A stretch of DNA of 64,000 nt, from contig MPCU01000012.1 of NCBI GenBank assembly GCA_001874305.1, positions 69,525 to 133,524 on the forward strand, in the 5' to 3' direction. Below the pieces are notes generated by a model. That model had not been told where the DNA came from. It searched no databases and saw only the letters and a program-made list of their open reading frames with translations. The position numbers were made by a program, and so were the translations under genes. Positions 30,005 to 39,978 of the stretch are shown here, one piece after another; position 1 is the first letter of the stretch, and every line of letters begins with the position of its first letter. Source of the stretch: Bacteriovorax sp. MedPE-SWde. GTDB taxonomy: Bacteria; Bdellovibrionota; Bacteriovoracia; Bacteriovoracales; Bacteriovoracaceae.

Positions 30005-31177
30005 CTATCTTTTTGCTATTTTAAAAGAAAGAACCCCGTCCTCATATTTTCTTTCAACGCTGGTAGAGTCCATGATTTTATCAACGTTGAAAGTCTTGTT
30101 CATAACTTCGCTACGCCTTGTGTTGAACTTATCTCCGGACTGATCTTGCATTTTCTCACTAAATTTTCGAGTAAGAGTTATATTAATATCTCTGTCTTGG
30201 GCAGTTAGATTCACAAGTTCTTTTTCGTGGTCAGGCACAGTGAGTTTCACTATATAATGATCTAGTTTATTTTCTACCGTAGGCTTTAATTTGCTTATAT
30301 TGTAGAATTTATCCTGAAGTTTGGTCATTGTTTGATTTTTAAACTCTGAATACTTACCGACAATATCTTTTATCTCTGTATCAAACTTAGTTTTTATACG
30401 ATCAAGAATTTCGGTATGGTTCTTTTCTAAGAGATTAAATTTCTCTTTAAAAGAAGTTCTCTTTTGTTTGAGAATTTCTTGGTGATGAAGTTCAACATTA
30501 GTGAGTTCTACTTGCTGACTTCGTACCCTTTGATTGTAATCTATGAGGTGCTTCTTTTTCTCAGTTGAAACCTTAGCATTGTGATCTCTTTCTAGTGATC
30601 CCATCTGTTCTTCTTGAATTGACTTGAGCTGATCTTCACGAGCTTTTTGATTGAGTTCCATCTGTCTCATGCTTTTTTTGTTGTCACGAGAAATACTATT
30701 TGCTCGACTTTTAACATCTTGATTAAGGTTTTTTACTTGTTGATCAGATTTATGTTGAAGATCCTTAAACTCTGTCTTTGTTCTGTCTGTAAGGTCCTTA
30801 CTGGCGGCCATATTAGAGTTGTGTATATGTTTTATCTTCTCTTCAAATACAGCATTCTTATTTTCTATTTGTTCTTGAAGTGATTCAGTAAGAGTCTTTT
30901 TTTGTTCTGTTAATTTATTTGCTGATGCCAACATATCCTGTTTGATACGATCGAGATGATCTTCCTTGGTCTGAATAGATTTTGCTACGTTAATCTTATT
31001 CATTTCGTGCTGGTTAAAGACATTCTCTTCACCAAGGATCTTGGCCTGCTTTGACTTCTCTTTATATAGTGATTGGAGACTTTTAAGTTCTTCTTCTTTT
31101 TTTATAACAAGGTGCTTCTGAGTATTATTCAGTTTCTTAAGGTATTCAGCATTTTGTGTATCTTGATTTACTTTCAA
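30005..31177 (-). CDS. Long coiled-coil protein with C-terminal Hsp20/alpha-crystallin-like domain
   Basis: About 300 aa of K/E/Q heptads, then DHYIVKLTVPD...VERKYEDGVLSFKIAK. Confidence 0.7.
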   Translation of the reverse strand: MKVNQDTQNAEYLKKLNNTQKHLVIKKEEELKSLQSLYKEKSKQAKILGEENVFNQHEMNKINVAKSIQTKEDHLDRIKQDMLASANKLTEQKKTLTESLQEQIENKNAVFEEKIKHIHNSNMAASKDLTDRTKTEFKDLQHKSDQQVKNLNQDVKSRANSISRDNKKSMRQMELNQKAREDQLKSIQEEQMGSLERDHNAKVSTEKKKHLIDYNQRVRSQQVELTNVELHHQEILKQKRTSFKEKFNLLEKNHTEILDRIKTKFDTEIKDIVGKYSEFKNQTMTKLQDKFYNISKLKPTVENKLDHYIVKLTVPDHEKELVNLTAQDRDINITLTRKFSEKMQDQSGDKFNTRRSEVMNKTFNVDKIMDSTSVERKYEDGVLSFKIAKR

Positions 31178-31179
31178 CT

Positions 31180-31473
31180 TTATTCCCTAAGTGTCTTACC
31201 CGTGACAAGCTTTGCCATTGGGTCCTGACACACTGACTTTCTTCCAGTGTGACCTTTACAAGTCCATGTTTTAAGTAGGTTTACTCTCAGAGCGGCCTGT
31301 CCACCGTGATATGAAATATATGATGTAGGATCAAGTGTAGATGTTACTAACACACTTGAGGGCTTTCTTGCTTGAAAGCGAGGAGATACCATGTACTGGT
31401 AGACTCTGTATTCCGCCATAACTGAAACGGAAGAGAGTATTAAAATTAGTTTACTGCAGGTGCGGATTAGCAT
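31180..31473 (-). CDS. Small secreted hypothetical protein (2 Cys in mature part)
   Basis: Signal peptide then EYRVYQY...LKTWTCKGHTG...VC. Confidence 0.65.
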   Translation of the reverse strand: MLIRTCSKLILILSSVSVMAEYRVYQYMVSPRFQARKPSSVLVTSTLDPTSYISYHGGQAALRVNLLKTWTCKGHTGRKSVCQDPMAKLVTGKTLRE

Positions 31474-31756
31474 CTAATAATTTTCCTTCCACCATTTCCA
31501 TAAGGGCCTTGGCGACAATTAGTTTTTCTACATCTTGAAAACTAGAGAATAGAACTTTCTGCTTTTGAAGATTGTTGTGCCCTGAGATTTTCTTAAGAAG
31601 GCTCTTGGCCTTTAATCGATCTGCTTTTGTCATCTTTGTGACTGCAGCTTCTTGATGATCAATATCTTGATCAAATAATGGATAATATCCACTAGCACCA
31701 AAATCGATTAATTTCTTTATTGAGTCGTATCTTTTTAAAAATCCTAATTCTATCAA
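31451..31756 (-). CDS. Small cytoplasmic hypothetical protein
   Basis: TTG start with strong AGGAGG; overlaps next gene. Confidence 0.7.
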   Translation of the reverse strand: MIELGFLKRYDSIKKLIDFGASGYYPLFDQDIDHQEAAVTKMTKADRLKAKSLLKKISGHNNLQKQKVLFSSFQDVEKLIVAKALMEMVEGKLLDANPHLQ

Positions 31757-31993
31757 CTTGTATCCTCCTGTTCACAACAATAATCTTAATACAAGCTTGA
31801 GGCAGATACACAGCAGGCAAGTGTTTCCGTGATCGTATTATTAGTAGTTTAATCACCATGTAAGGTATTTTTATAAAAAATTATTTTGGTACTGAGTAAA
31901 AAAGACTGGTATTTGCCACAAATATTTGATCTTGGGGCCATGTTTTTGTACAATTTCTTTGGACATGGATGTTAAGACAGACAAGGATGCTGT

Positions 31994-32887
31994 ATGAAGA
32001 AAATTCTCCCTATATTATTATGTTTAAATACCTTTGCGCTCGTTGATTATACTGAGCCATCTAGTTATTCTCCAGCTGCCCCTGTACAAAGAAAGGCCGC
32101 AAGAATTACAAAGAAGACGAAGGCACCAAGAAGACAATCTTCTCAAAAATTTCTAGAGTTGATGGCCACATTTAAGAGTCAATCGTTTAAGTCTGATACT
32201 GGGGAAGCGAAAGTCTCCACTATTAATGTTGATGGGCACATACAAACTAATTATGACCTCTATCTCGACTTTTCAATTCCTATGCACTCAGGAAAGTTAA
32301 GTGAAGACCAGGTGGGAAGTTCTTATCAAAAAGGAAACCCGAAGGTTATCTTAGGCTTAAATTGGCTACAGTTTGGTTCAGCTGAAAGGGCGCTTACTCT
32401 TGATATTTATGGTGGAGGAATCTTCTCTTCTTCATCAGACTTTGCAACACAGAGAACAGATAAGATTGTAGGAATTAGTACTTCTAAGCGTTTCTATAAC
32501 TTTGGCTTTGGTTTGGCCTATGAATTGAATCTAACAGGGACTTCTAAAGATCAGTTAGAACAAGATATTGGAAATATTCAACAGCTAAAAGCGCAAATAG
32601 GATGGTTAGTATCGAATGATATCCGTTTTATTCTAAACGCAAATAATGTAAAAATATCAGAATCTACAGACGCTGGTCGAAGCTCAAGACTTGATCAGGC
32701 CGTTAAATATGCCTATATAAAGCCTGAGGTTGTTCTAACTCTAAGTCCAGGTGTCGACTTTCATATGATGGCGCTATTCTTAACAAGAAGACCAAAGCAA
32801 GGTCTCGTATCTACTGATGCCAAGTTATGGTCACTTGATGGTTTTTACGGTAACTCGCTCTCAGCAGGTTTAAATATTTCTATCTAA
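31994..32887 (+). CDS. Exported hypothetical protein, probable beta-barrel
   Basis: Signal peptide, basic/Pro linker, amphipathic strands, ends GLNISI. Confidence 0.6.
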   Translation: MKKILPILLCLNTFALVDYTEPSSYSPAAPVQRKAARITKKTKAPRRQSSQKFLELMATFKSQSFKSDTGEAKVSTINVDGHIQTNYDLYLDFSIPMHSGKLSEDQVGSSYQKGNPKVILGLNWLQFGSAERALTLDIYGGGIFSSSSDFATQRTDKIVGISTSKRFYNFGFGLAYELNLTGTSKDQLEQDIGNIQQLKAQIGWLVSNDIRFILNANNVKISESTDAGRSSRLDQAVKYAYIKPEVVLTLSPGVDFHMMALFLTRRPKQGLVSTDAKLWSLDGFYGNSLSAGLNISI

Positions 32888-32899
32888 TAAGGATTTAGT

Positions 32900-33772
32900 T
32901 TGCTTCTCAATAAAGAGTTCTACTACTGTAAAAATTGTAAGAAAGTTGTAAATAATCTTGAAGACCTTCTCTTTGTTGAAGAAGGTTCTCCTTTATCATT
33001 TTGCTGTGAAGTTTGTATAGAAAAGTACTATACACCTATAACTGACTACTTTCAGGGAAAGGTTTTTAAGCTTCGAAAAGATCTAAATTTAGAAGAGGAA
33101 CTCGCTCTATCTTTAATGGATGATCCTGCTCTTGTTGAAAAAACACTTTCAAGACCAGATGAGATTTGGAGAATTGAAAATCAGATAAAAGAAGAAGTTT
33201 ATTCTTTCATTACTCATATAAAGAAGGGTGAAAAGAGTTATCATATGATGGCGCTTTGCTTTGTCTTCAATAAGACTCCGTCTTTTGTTCTTACATTAAC
33301 AGCGACTGAGAATGAATATCTCTTGCAGCAGTTCCAAACGGGGGAGCAGATTGAGTCCCTTGAAGAGTTCTATAAAGAACAACTCGCTATCGAGAATATG
33401 ATAGATCCTGAAATACTTGAGCATTTAGAGCTTAAGAAATCACAATTTCTTGCTGATTTAATGGAACATCGTAGTGAAGCAGACATTCCATTTGAAAATT
33501 TTGACCTTTATATGGATTACATGACTGATACTATTGAAACAGCAGACGAGGTCTATCGTTTTAAAGATGATGAGGATGAAACTTTCCAGGCCTCTATTAA
33601 GGGTCAAGTTAAGGATGGTGTTTCATTCTTCTTTATCGTTGTTAGTTATCACATGCCTGATGATGAGGGACGAGAGATGGTCCTTCCTATACTGTCATTT
33701 CCAACTGTAGACGGTAAGCTATGTGAATACTTTAGAAGAGGTGAGCAGGTTTCTGGCGGCCTTAAAAACTAA
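32900..33772 (+). CDS. Zn-finger protein with duplicated PBECR2-like nuclease-fold domain
   Basis: CKNC...FCCEVC, then two repeats: TLSRPDEIW...FQTGEQI and TIETADEVY...FRRGEQV. Confidence 0.6.
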   Translation: MLLNKEFYYCKNCKKVVNNLEDLLFVEEGSPLSFCCEVCIEKYYTPITDYFQGKVFKLRKDLNLEEELALSLMDDPALVEKTLSRPDEIWRIENQIKEEVYSFITHIKKGEKSYHMMALCFVFNKTPSFVLTLTATENEYLLQQFQTGEQIESLEEFYKEQLAIENMIDPEILEHLELKKSQFLADLMEHRSEADIPFENFDLYMDYMTDTIETADEVYRFKDDEDETFQASIKGQVKDGVSFFFIVVSYHMPDDEGREMVLPILSFPTVDGKLCEYFRRGEQVSGGLKN

Positions 33773-33773
33773 A

Positions 33774-33794
33774 AAAGGAGCATAAAGCTCCTTT
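33774..33794. terminator. Terminator between convergent genes
   Basis: AAAGGAGC-ATAAA-GCTCCTTT. Confidence 0.7.
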
Positions 33795-33820
33795 CTATCT
33801 TTTGATAATCTATTTAATAT

Positions 33821-34507
33821 TTAGAACTTCTTATATACATATTCATTCTTAGACTTGAAGGCATCACAGTATGATGAGTCGCCATGTAGGTCTAAGTTAA
33901 TAGAGCAGATGAAGAATGCATCATATGATATTTGATCTCTATAAAAAGGAGAGTCAAAGAAGTAAGTTTCTTCTTTCATAACCATAACACCATTGATAGA
34001 GAAATTTTGATATCTACCATAGTCTCTATTTTTCACTAGAGGGAAGCGGTAGGCCTTTTTGTTAGAATCCATAAATTGACAACGAGCTTCGCCAAGGAAG
34101 ATTGCTCTTCCATTAGACTCATGTGTTGGTACAACACAAACTCTAACATTAGATTTAGGCTCTTTCATTTGAACATAGACTTCACTGCTATTTGTCTTAC
34201 TTTGACATATTGTATAGTCACCTAGGTGCTTGTCTCCAGTTTTATCAAAGCCTGAGTTGCCATCAAATGACCACTTACAGTGTGCAATTTCTGAAGGTAC
34301 GTTTACCTGTCCACTTGAGCCTGAACCTGAAGAGTTCCCATCGTCTACGATAATACTTGAGCCACCACTAGAGTCAGAACCTGATCCTGTACTTGAACTT
34401 CCGTTGGAAGAGTTTGTGAAAGGGTCTGAATATAGAGATTTCTTATCTCTTGGTGCCACGCAAGATACTAGAATTATAGATAATGCGAGGGTCTTTAATA
34501 AATTCAT
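33821..34507 (-). CDS. Hypothetical lipoprotein with Ser/Gly linker and Cys-containing domain
   Basis: Lipobox LVSC, S/G-rich linker, six further Cys; GGAG RBS. Confidence 0.75.
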   Translation of the reverse strand: MNLLKTLALSIILVSCVAPRDKKSLYSDPFTNSSNGSSSTGSGSDSSGGSSIIVDDGNSSGSGSSGQVNVPSEIAHCKWSFDGNSGFDKTGDKHLGDYTICQSKTNSSEVYVQMKEPKSNVRVCVVPTHESNGRAIFLGEARCQFMDSNKKAYRFPLVKNRDYGRYQNFSINGVMVMKEETYFFDSPFYRDQISYDAFFICSINLDLHGDSSYCDAFKSKNEYVYKKF

Positions 34508-34605
34508 TTTTAACTCCGTTACGTTCTTAAAGAACTTTACGGATTATTTTACTAAAAAGTTAAGTTTTTCGTGTAGAGATTTTATAAGTTACCGAAAAGA
34601 TAATT

Positions 34606-35883
34606 GTGAAGGTAATTATTTTACTCTTGATTTTCGCACTTTCGGGTGTTTTTGGCGTTGGACTATTAGTTCAGGCGCCTTATCATGCTTATCACTCTTT
34701 TGTTAAAGAGGGGTTCAATGGTGATCTTTTAAAAGTGGAAGCACCAAATAAGAGACTCCTTACTGGAAATCTTGTAGTTAAAGAAAAAACTCCAGTACTT
34801 GATACTGATAGTCTATGGCAGGAACTTGAGTTTGGAGATTATCTCCTTCCATTTCCAATTTCACATCCAAGTGTAAAAATTGTCCCCACTCCAAGAATTC
34901 AAGGTAAAGAGGTCTTTGCAGAATTTAAGTATGTCGACAATAATAATGAAGACCTTATTTCATTTAAAAGCGTAGATGTAAAAAAGAGTGACTTTACTTT
35001 TCCAACAGATAAGTTGTTTAAGTTGCCTCTAGTTAGAAAGTATATACAACGTAAAGGAAGAGTTCGTGTTTGGGCGGATATGTTCAATAGAAATCTTAAC
35101 GTAAAATATGTTTCCATATTTGATTTTTCTAATTTTAAAAATATGTTGAAATATGTAACGCCACTTGATCTTGCATATAATGTTTATATTTATAAGATGA
35201 GACGTAGATTCTTTCCAAAAGGTGTAATTAAAACCCACTTTATCAATGCATCACATATTGTATTTATCATTGATTCTAAAGATTCTAATGAAGAAACAGA
35301 AGGTAAACTAGGGATTGGACGATATTTAAAAAATGGAAAGGTATATACGTATCATTTGAATATTTCTCGAAGTAATACTTTTTCAGATTTAATTCAACAG
35401 AGAATTTTTAAATCATTACGAGTAGAGGATTCAAGGGCCGAGTTTAGCTCTCAAAAAATCTACTCCCAATTTAAATCACTTCCATACTCTCAAAGAATAT
35501 CTGTTGATGGACTAGTATATTTATATTCTGCATGGTCACATGAATTGGAAAATAAAGCATTCATGAGAGAGCTTATTCAATTTATGGAAAGGGGTAAGGG
35601 ACATGAGTCTTTTCTCTTTCCTCTATACGACTTTTCTATGAAGAAATGGGGCTCTTCTTTTTCTACAAGAGATCGCTACTTGAAAGAAGATGCTAAGAAT
35701 AAGCTCGCTCGTGGTATTAAGGGCGAAAAAAAGAAAGAGGAAAAAGAGTTAGATAATTTTGACTCTAGTGAATTAGACTTTCAATCTAAAGAAGAGAAGC
35801 TCGACTACCTTCTTAAGAAGGCCAAGAGAAAGAAGAGATCTAAGAAGCCTTCCCCCTCTTCTGATTCAGTTATAGAAAACTAA
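34606..35883 (+). CDS. Hypothetical membrane-anchored protein
   Basis: 425-aa ORF with N-terminal hydrophobic helix and charged tail. Confidence 0.6.
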   Translation: MKVIILLLIFALSGVFGVGLLVQAPYHAYHSFVKEGFNGDLLKVEAPNKRLLTGNLVVKEKTPVLDTDSLWQELEFGDYLLPFPISHPSVKIVPTPRIQGKEVFAEFKYVDNNNEDLISFKSVDVKKSDFTFPTDKLFKLPLVRKYIQRKGRVRVWADMFNRNLNVKYVSIFDFSNFKNMLKYVTPLDLAYNVYIYKMRRRFFPKGVIKTHFINASHIVFIIDSKDSNEETEGKLGIGRYLKNGKVYTYHLNISRSNTFSDLIQQRIFKSLRVEDSRAEFSSQKIYSQFKSLPYSQRISVDGLVYLYSAWSHELENKAFMRELIQFMERGKGHESFLFPLYDFSMKKWGSSFSTRDRYLKEDAKNKLARGIKGEKKKEEKELDNFDSSELDFQSKEEKLDYLLKKAKRKKRSKKPSPSSDSVIEN

Positions 35884-36743
35884 AGTTTATAGTGAACACC
35901 TACTGATATCTGAGGTCCTCCTAGAGACCTTAAAGTAACTTCAGAGAGAGGTGTTTCAATTGGTGTCATTGACTTAAGTGATAAACTTTTTAGACCGAAT
36001 CCTGCATATAGTCCATATTTTGAAAAAGGAAAAAGTCTTACTCGTCCACCAATATTGTAACCTACCGCTATACCTTTACTTATTTCACCCGACTTAGCCT
36101 TTATTTGGATGTCTCCAGAAAGTGAGAGTCCACCATATGCTTCCAAAGAGAATAGTGTTGATTGAAAAAACCTCTTTTGGTATTCAGCATCACCTAGTAT
36201 GGATTTAACTTCTCCACCTTCAGCTGTAGATGTTAGATAGGAGAGTCCAAATGAAAAGCCATAGTCCTTCTTTGGTGATCTGTGTTCTATCTTTATTTGA
36301 AATGATGTGAGATCGGAGCTCACTGTATCATCAAAATCTGAGTTGAGTTCGTCCCATTCTTCTCCACCGTCTGTCTGAGACATCTCGAGAGCTAGAAAAT
36401 TATTTTCTTTTAGTTTATCTTCGTCAGTCATGAAGAGGATTTGAACATCATGTTCTTTCACTGTAGGAGTTCCGCTTAGTTTTTCACCGTCTAAGTCAAA
36501 TTTCAGATCTTTTGTCTTAACGTATGCAACACGTCCAGTAACAACTAGGCCAACTATTGATCCTCTTTTGAAAGACTTATCAGCAACCTGTAGCTTCCTT
36601 CCGGCCTTTATATATCCAATCGGTATATTGAGAGCTCTATCAGCGTAGACAATCGTTTTACTTGAAAGAGTATAAGCATAGCGAAATGCATATATATTGG
36701 TGGAAATAAGTAGGGCAAAAAATAAAGCTAATATTTTCTTCAT
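35880..36743 (-). CDS. Exported protein with SH3-like N-terminus and probable beta-barrel
   Basis: Signal peptide; IVYADRALNIPIGYIKAG SH3-like segment; ends VGVHYKL. Confidence 0.6.
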   Translation of the reverse strand: MKKILALFFALLISTNIYAFRYAYTLSSKTIVYADRALNIPIGYIKAGRKLQVADKSFKRGSIVGLVVTGRVAYVKTKDLKFDLDGEKLSGTPTVKEHDVQILFMTDEDKLKENNFLALEMSQTDGGEEWDELNSDFDDTVSSDLTSFQIKIEHRSPKKDYGFSFGLSYLTSTAEGGEVKSILGDAEYQKRFFQSTLFSLEAYGGLSLSGDIQIKAKSGEISKGIAVGYNIGGRVRLFPFSKYGLYAGFGLKSLSLKSMTPIETPLSEVTLRSLGGPQISVGVHYKL

Positions 36744-36798
36744 ACTTTTATTATAATCAAAAAGTAATTTTTGACCAGTTTAGTATTTTGGGGGAACC

Positions 36799-38097
36799 AT
36801 GAAATTTCCAGGTAAGAGAAAATCAAAGCATTATTTTCCAGTAGAAGAGGTTGGAAGGCTACCTTTTGAAACTAACTTTGATAGCAAGGAAAATATCTAT
36901 ATCGTAGGTATAGACCAACTCTTGGTCGATATTGAAATAGACACTTCATTTGAATTCCTAGAAAAATTTGATCTTGAAAAAGGGCAATCGGTAGTTCTTT
37001 CAGATGAAATAATTGAAAAAATTTATATTGAATGTAAGGATAACGGCTCAATTATTGGAGAATTTGCCGGTGGTGCCGTTGGTAATACCTTACATAATTA
37101 CTCTACTTTGTCCGATGATAAGTCTGTCGCCCTCGGGACAATCTGTGAAAGTATAAAAGTTGGTGACTATGCCTTTAAGTATATTTGTAATACTAGTTCC
37201 AAGGTGGACTTTGGTCACCTTCAGCCCCACAAAGGCCATATGGGACGCGCGATGTGCTTTGTAACTCCAGATAAGGAAAGAACCTTTGCGATTGGTAAAG
37301 GGATCATGAATGAGCTGAGAGAGGAGTTTATACCAGAAGATGTTGTTAAGAATGCATCGGCGCTTCTTGTGACGGCGTTTTTATTGCGAGATAAATCTGC
37401 TCCTTTGTATAAATCAACACTAAGAGCTGTCAAAATTGCCAAAGAAAATAATGTTCCAGTTGTATTTGCTTTAGGAACAAGTGCACTAATTTCATCTGAT
37501 GTAAGTTTCTTCAAAGATTTTATTAAAGAAAACGTAAATATTGTGGCCATGAATATTGATGAAGCAGAAGCACTAACAAATTTAAGTGATCCTCTTTTAG
37601 CGGCAGAAACAATTTTAGAGATTGCGGACTTCGCACTTGTTACGGTGGGAGAGAGAGGACTTTATATCGGCGCATGGGCCGACACTGAGGATGCAAGAGA
37701 GACAAGTGACTTAATTCATTCTAAGTCGATATCAGAATATAATAAATTTGAGTATTCAAGGGCGCAGATTAAAGAGAATTGCAAGAGGCCTATAAAGGTT
37801 TTCTCACACATTAATCCATTCATGGGTGGGCCTATAAAAATAGAAAATACTAATGGAGCCGGAGATGCGGCGCTTGCTGCGTTAATGCATGATATAGCTG
37901 CTAATGATTATCATAAAGGTGTTTCGCCTAGCTCTCCAAAGCATAATAGCAATTATCTCACATATTCTTCAATTCACCAGATTTGTAAATATGCAAACAG
38001 AACGAGCTATGAAGTTCTTAAACAAAGATCTCCTCGCTTGTCTCACGGACTGCCTATCAAAGAGGAAAGTCTGGAAGAGTCTTACTGGACAAAGTAA
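36799..38097 (+). CDS. gsk: Inosine/guanosine kinase (PfkB family)
   Basis: N-terminus MKFPGKRKSKHYFPV matches E. coli Gsk as I recall it; NTNGAGDAAL motif; C-terminal SLEESYW. Confidence 0.93.
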   Translation: MKFPGKRKSKHYFPVEEVGRLPFETNFDSKENIYIVGIDQLLVDIEIDTSFEFLEKFDLEKGQSVVLSDEIIEKIYIECKDNGSIIGEFAGGAVGNTLHNYSTLSDDKSVALGTICESIKVGDYAFKYICNTSSKVDFGHLQPHKGHMGRAMCFVTPDKERTFAIGKGIMNELREEFIPEDVVKNASALLVTAFLLRDKSAPLYKSTLRAVKIAKENNVPVVFALGTSALISSDVSFFKDFIKENVNIVAMNIDEAEALTNLSDPLLAAETILEIADFALVTVGERGLYIGAWADTEDARETSDLIHSKSISEYNKFEYSRAQIKENCKRPIKVFSHINPFMGGPIKIENTNGAGDAALAALMHDIAANDYHKGVSPSSPKHNSNYLTYSSIHQICKYANRTSYEVLKQRSPRLSHGLPIKEESLEESYWTK

Positions 38098-38104
38098 GAC
38101 TCAA

Positions 38105-39223
38105 TTAATTTTTAGGAAGCTTAAGCTCGAATGAAGTGTGACCATTGAAGAGCTCGTAATTTAGAGAGCCTAGATTCTCTTCTGCGAGCTCTCTACAGAT
38201 TCCAAGACCCATTCCTGTTCCGACACCTTTTGGTTTTGTTGTAAAAAAAGGATTGAACATTTTTTCCAAAATTTCTTGAGGGATTCCATGACCACTATCG
38301 CTAACCCTAATAAGGATATGCTGTGGGTCTTCTGTTATATCAAGACTTACCCATTTTTCTGCATTCTGAGCAACAGCTTCACTTGAGTTACCGATTAAAT
38401 TAACAAGTATCTGGATGATCTGCCCTTCGATGCAATTTATCATTATTGATGAATCTATTTCATTAGACATATTAAAGCTAACGCCATTAGAGTGAACTCT
38501 ATTTTTTATAATTAATGAACTTTCTTCAATAATTTTTGATAAAGGAGTAAGCTCCCTCTTATCTTCTCTTGTATCTCTTGCTAAATTCTTTAGGCCATCA
38601 ATTATAGTAAGAATTCGATCTGTCATATTATCAATCTTTGATATAAACTGGCCTAGTTTGTCATACTTCTTTTCCTCACACTTAATGGACATTATTTCAG
38701 CGGAGCCTTTAATTACTGCCAGAGGGTTCTTTATCTCATGGATTATTCCTGTTGATAATTCAGCTATCGAACGTAGTCTTTCATCATGTAGAATCTTTGA
38801 TTCCATTTGCTTCTTATCTGTAATATCAAAGCCAATTATCACGGCTTCTTTTTGACCTTTGTATTTTTGCGCCATAACCAAGTTGTGTTTTTTCTCTCCA
38901 CTGATTTCTGTGAGATATTCCACTTGGTCAAAATCTAGTTCTTTATCAAAGAAGTTCTTAATAAAATCATAGAAGGGGTTTCCTTCGGCCTTTATAAAAC
39001 CTACTTTTTGCGCCTCAAATACCTCATTGTGTACATCAAGTAGGTCTTCAAGTTCTTTATTAATAGCAAGGTAATCTAAGTCGTCATTAATCCAGCTTAT
39101 TGTACAAGGCAGGTGATTTATAAGGGTATTTTTTCTTTCAAGCTCTTCTTTTAAAATTCTATTACTCTCTTTTAGAGCACTATTCATTCTTTTTAACTCG
39201 AGAATCTCATTAGCTTGATTCAT
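38105..39223 (-). CDS. Cytoplasmic PAS-like sensor histidine kinase (orphan)
   Basis: IIHEIKNPL, NLIGNS, DSGHG, FFTTKPKGVGTGMGL; no TM. Confidence 0.93.
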   Translation of the reverse strand: MNQANEILELKRMNSALKESNRILKEELERKNTLINHLPCTISWINDDLDYLAINKELEDLLDVHNEVFEAQKVGFIKAEGNPFYDFIKNFFDKELDFDQVEYLTEISGEKKHNLVMAQKYKGQKEAVIIGFDITDKKQMESKILHDERLRSIAELSTGIIHEIKNPLAVIKGSAEIMSIKCEEKKYDKLGQFISKIDNMTDRILTIIDGLKNLARDTREDKRELTPLSKIIEESSLIIKNRVHSNGVSFNMSNEIDSSIMINCIEGQIIQILVNLIGNSSEAVAQNAEKWVSLDITEDPQHILIRVSDSGHGIPQEILEKMFNPFFTTKPKGVGTGMGLGICRELAEENLGSLNYELFNGHTSFELKLPKN

Positions 39224-39282
39224 TAGACTTCCTTGATATAAACATCAAAGTTATTCTATCAAAAATAAAATTTGTTTCAATC

Positions 39283-39978
39283 TCAGACAAAAAGTTCTGG
39301 TTTAGTTAGTACTTGTGGGTCTTGAGTTATCGCTCGACCTATAACAAGGTAGTCTGCTCCTTGGTCAAATGCCTGAGAAGGTGTCATCACTCTCTGTTGA
39401 TCATTATCATTCGTTGTTGCAAACTTGATTCCAGGGCATACTTTAAGTGGAGTATTCTTGTCGTTCTTATCGAGATGCTGGGCGACTTCAAGTTCGTGGG
39501 CAGATGAAACTATTCCATCGATATGAGTATTCAGTGCAATTTTATATAGGTTCTTAAATACTTCTTCAGAAGAGTTGGCCCATATGTCATTACAGTCTGA
39601 TTGATCCAGAGATGTTAGTACGCTAACTCCAAGAATCTTACAATTTTTTATATAGTTGTCCCTCGCTCGAAGAGCTTCTCTAACCATACTATTTCCTCCC
39701 GAGAGGTGAATCGTGAGAAACTTTATGGGGAGACCTTCTAGTGATCTAATTGATTTGTACACAGTGGATGGGATGTCATGAAGTTTTAAATCTAGGAAAA
39801 TTTCAACTTTATATTTTTGGGCGATGGCCAAAATGTATTCTCTACCATAGCGATAAAAAAGCTCCATTCCTATTTTTACTATTGAAATATCACTTGAGTA
39901 TTCATTTAGGAATGTATCTACCTCTTTCTTATCCATATTATCAAGAGCGACAATTACTCTCTTTCTATTATCAGACAT
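39283..39978 (-). CDS. pyrF: Orotidine-5'-phosphate decarboxylase
   Basis: VALD, FLDLKLHDIPST, CPGI, DQQRVMTP, VIGRAIT. Confidence 0.96.
   Translation of the reverse strand: MSDNRKRVIVALDNMDKKEVDTFLNEYSSDISIVKIGMELFYRYGREYILAIAQKYKVEIFLDLKLHDIPSTVYKSIRSLEGLPIKFLTIHLSGGNSMVREALRARDNYIKNCKILGVSVLTSLDQSDCNDIWANSSEEVFKNLYKIALNTHIDGIVSSAHELEVAQHLDKNDKNTPLKVCPGIKFATTNDNDQQRVMTPSQAFDQGADYLVIGRAITQDPQVLTKPELFV

Noticed and set aside
34310-34420. Low-complexity Ser/Gly stretch in the lipoprotein
   Set aside because: An ordinary flexible lipoprotein tether with no exact tandem unit.
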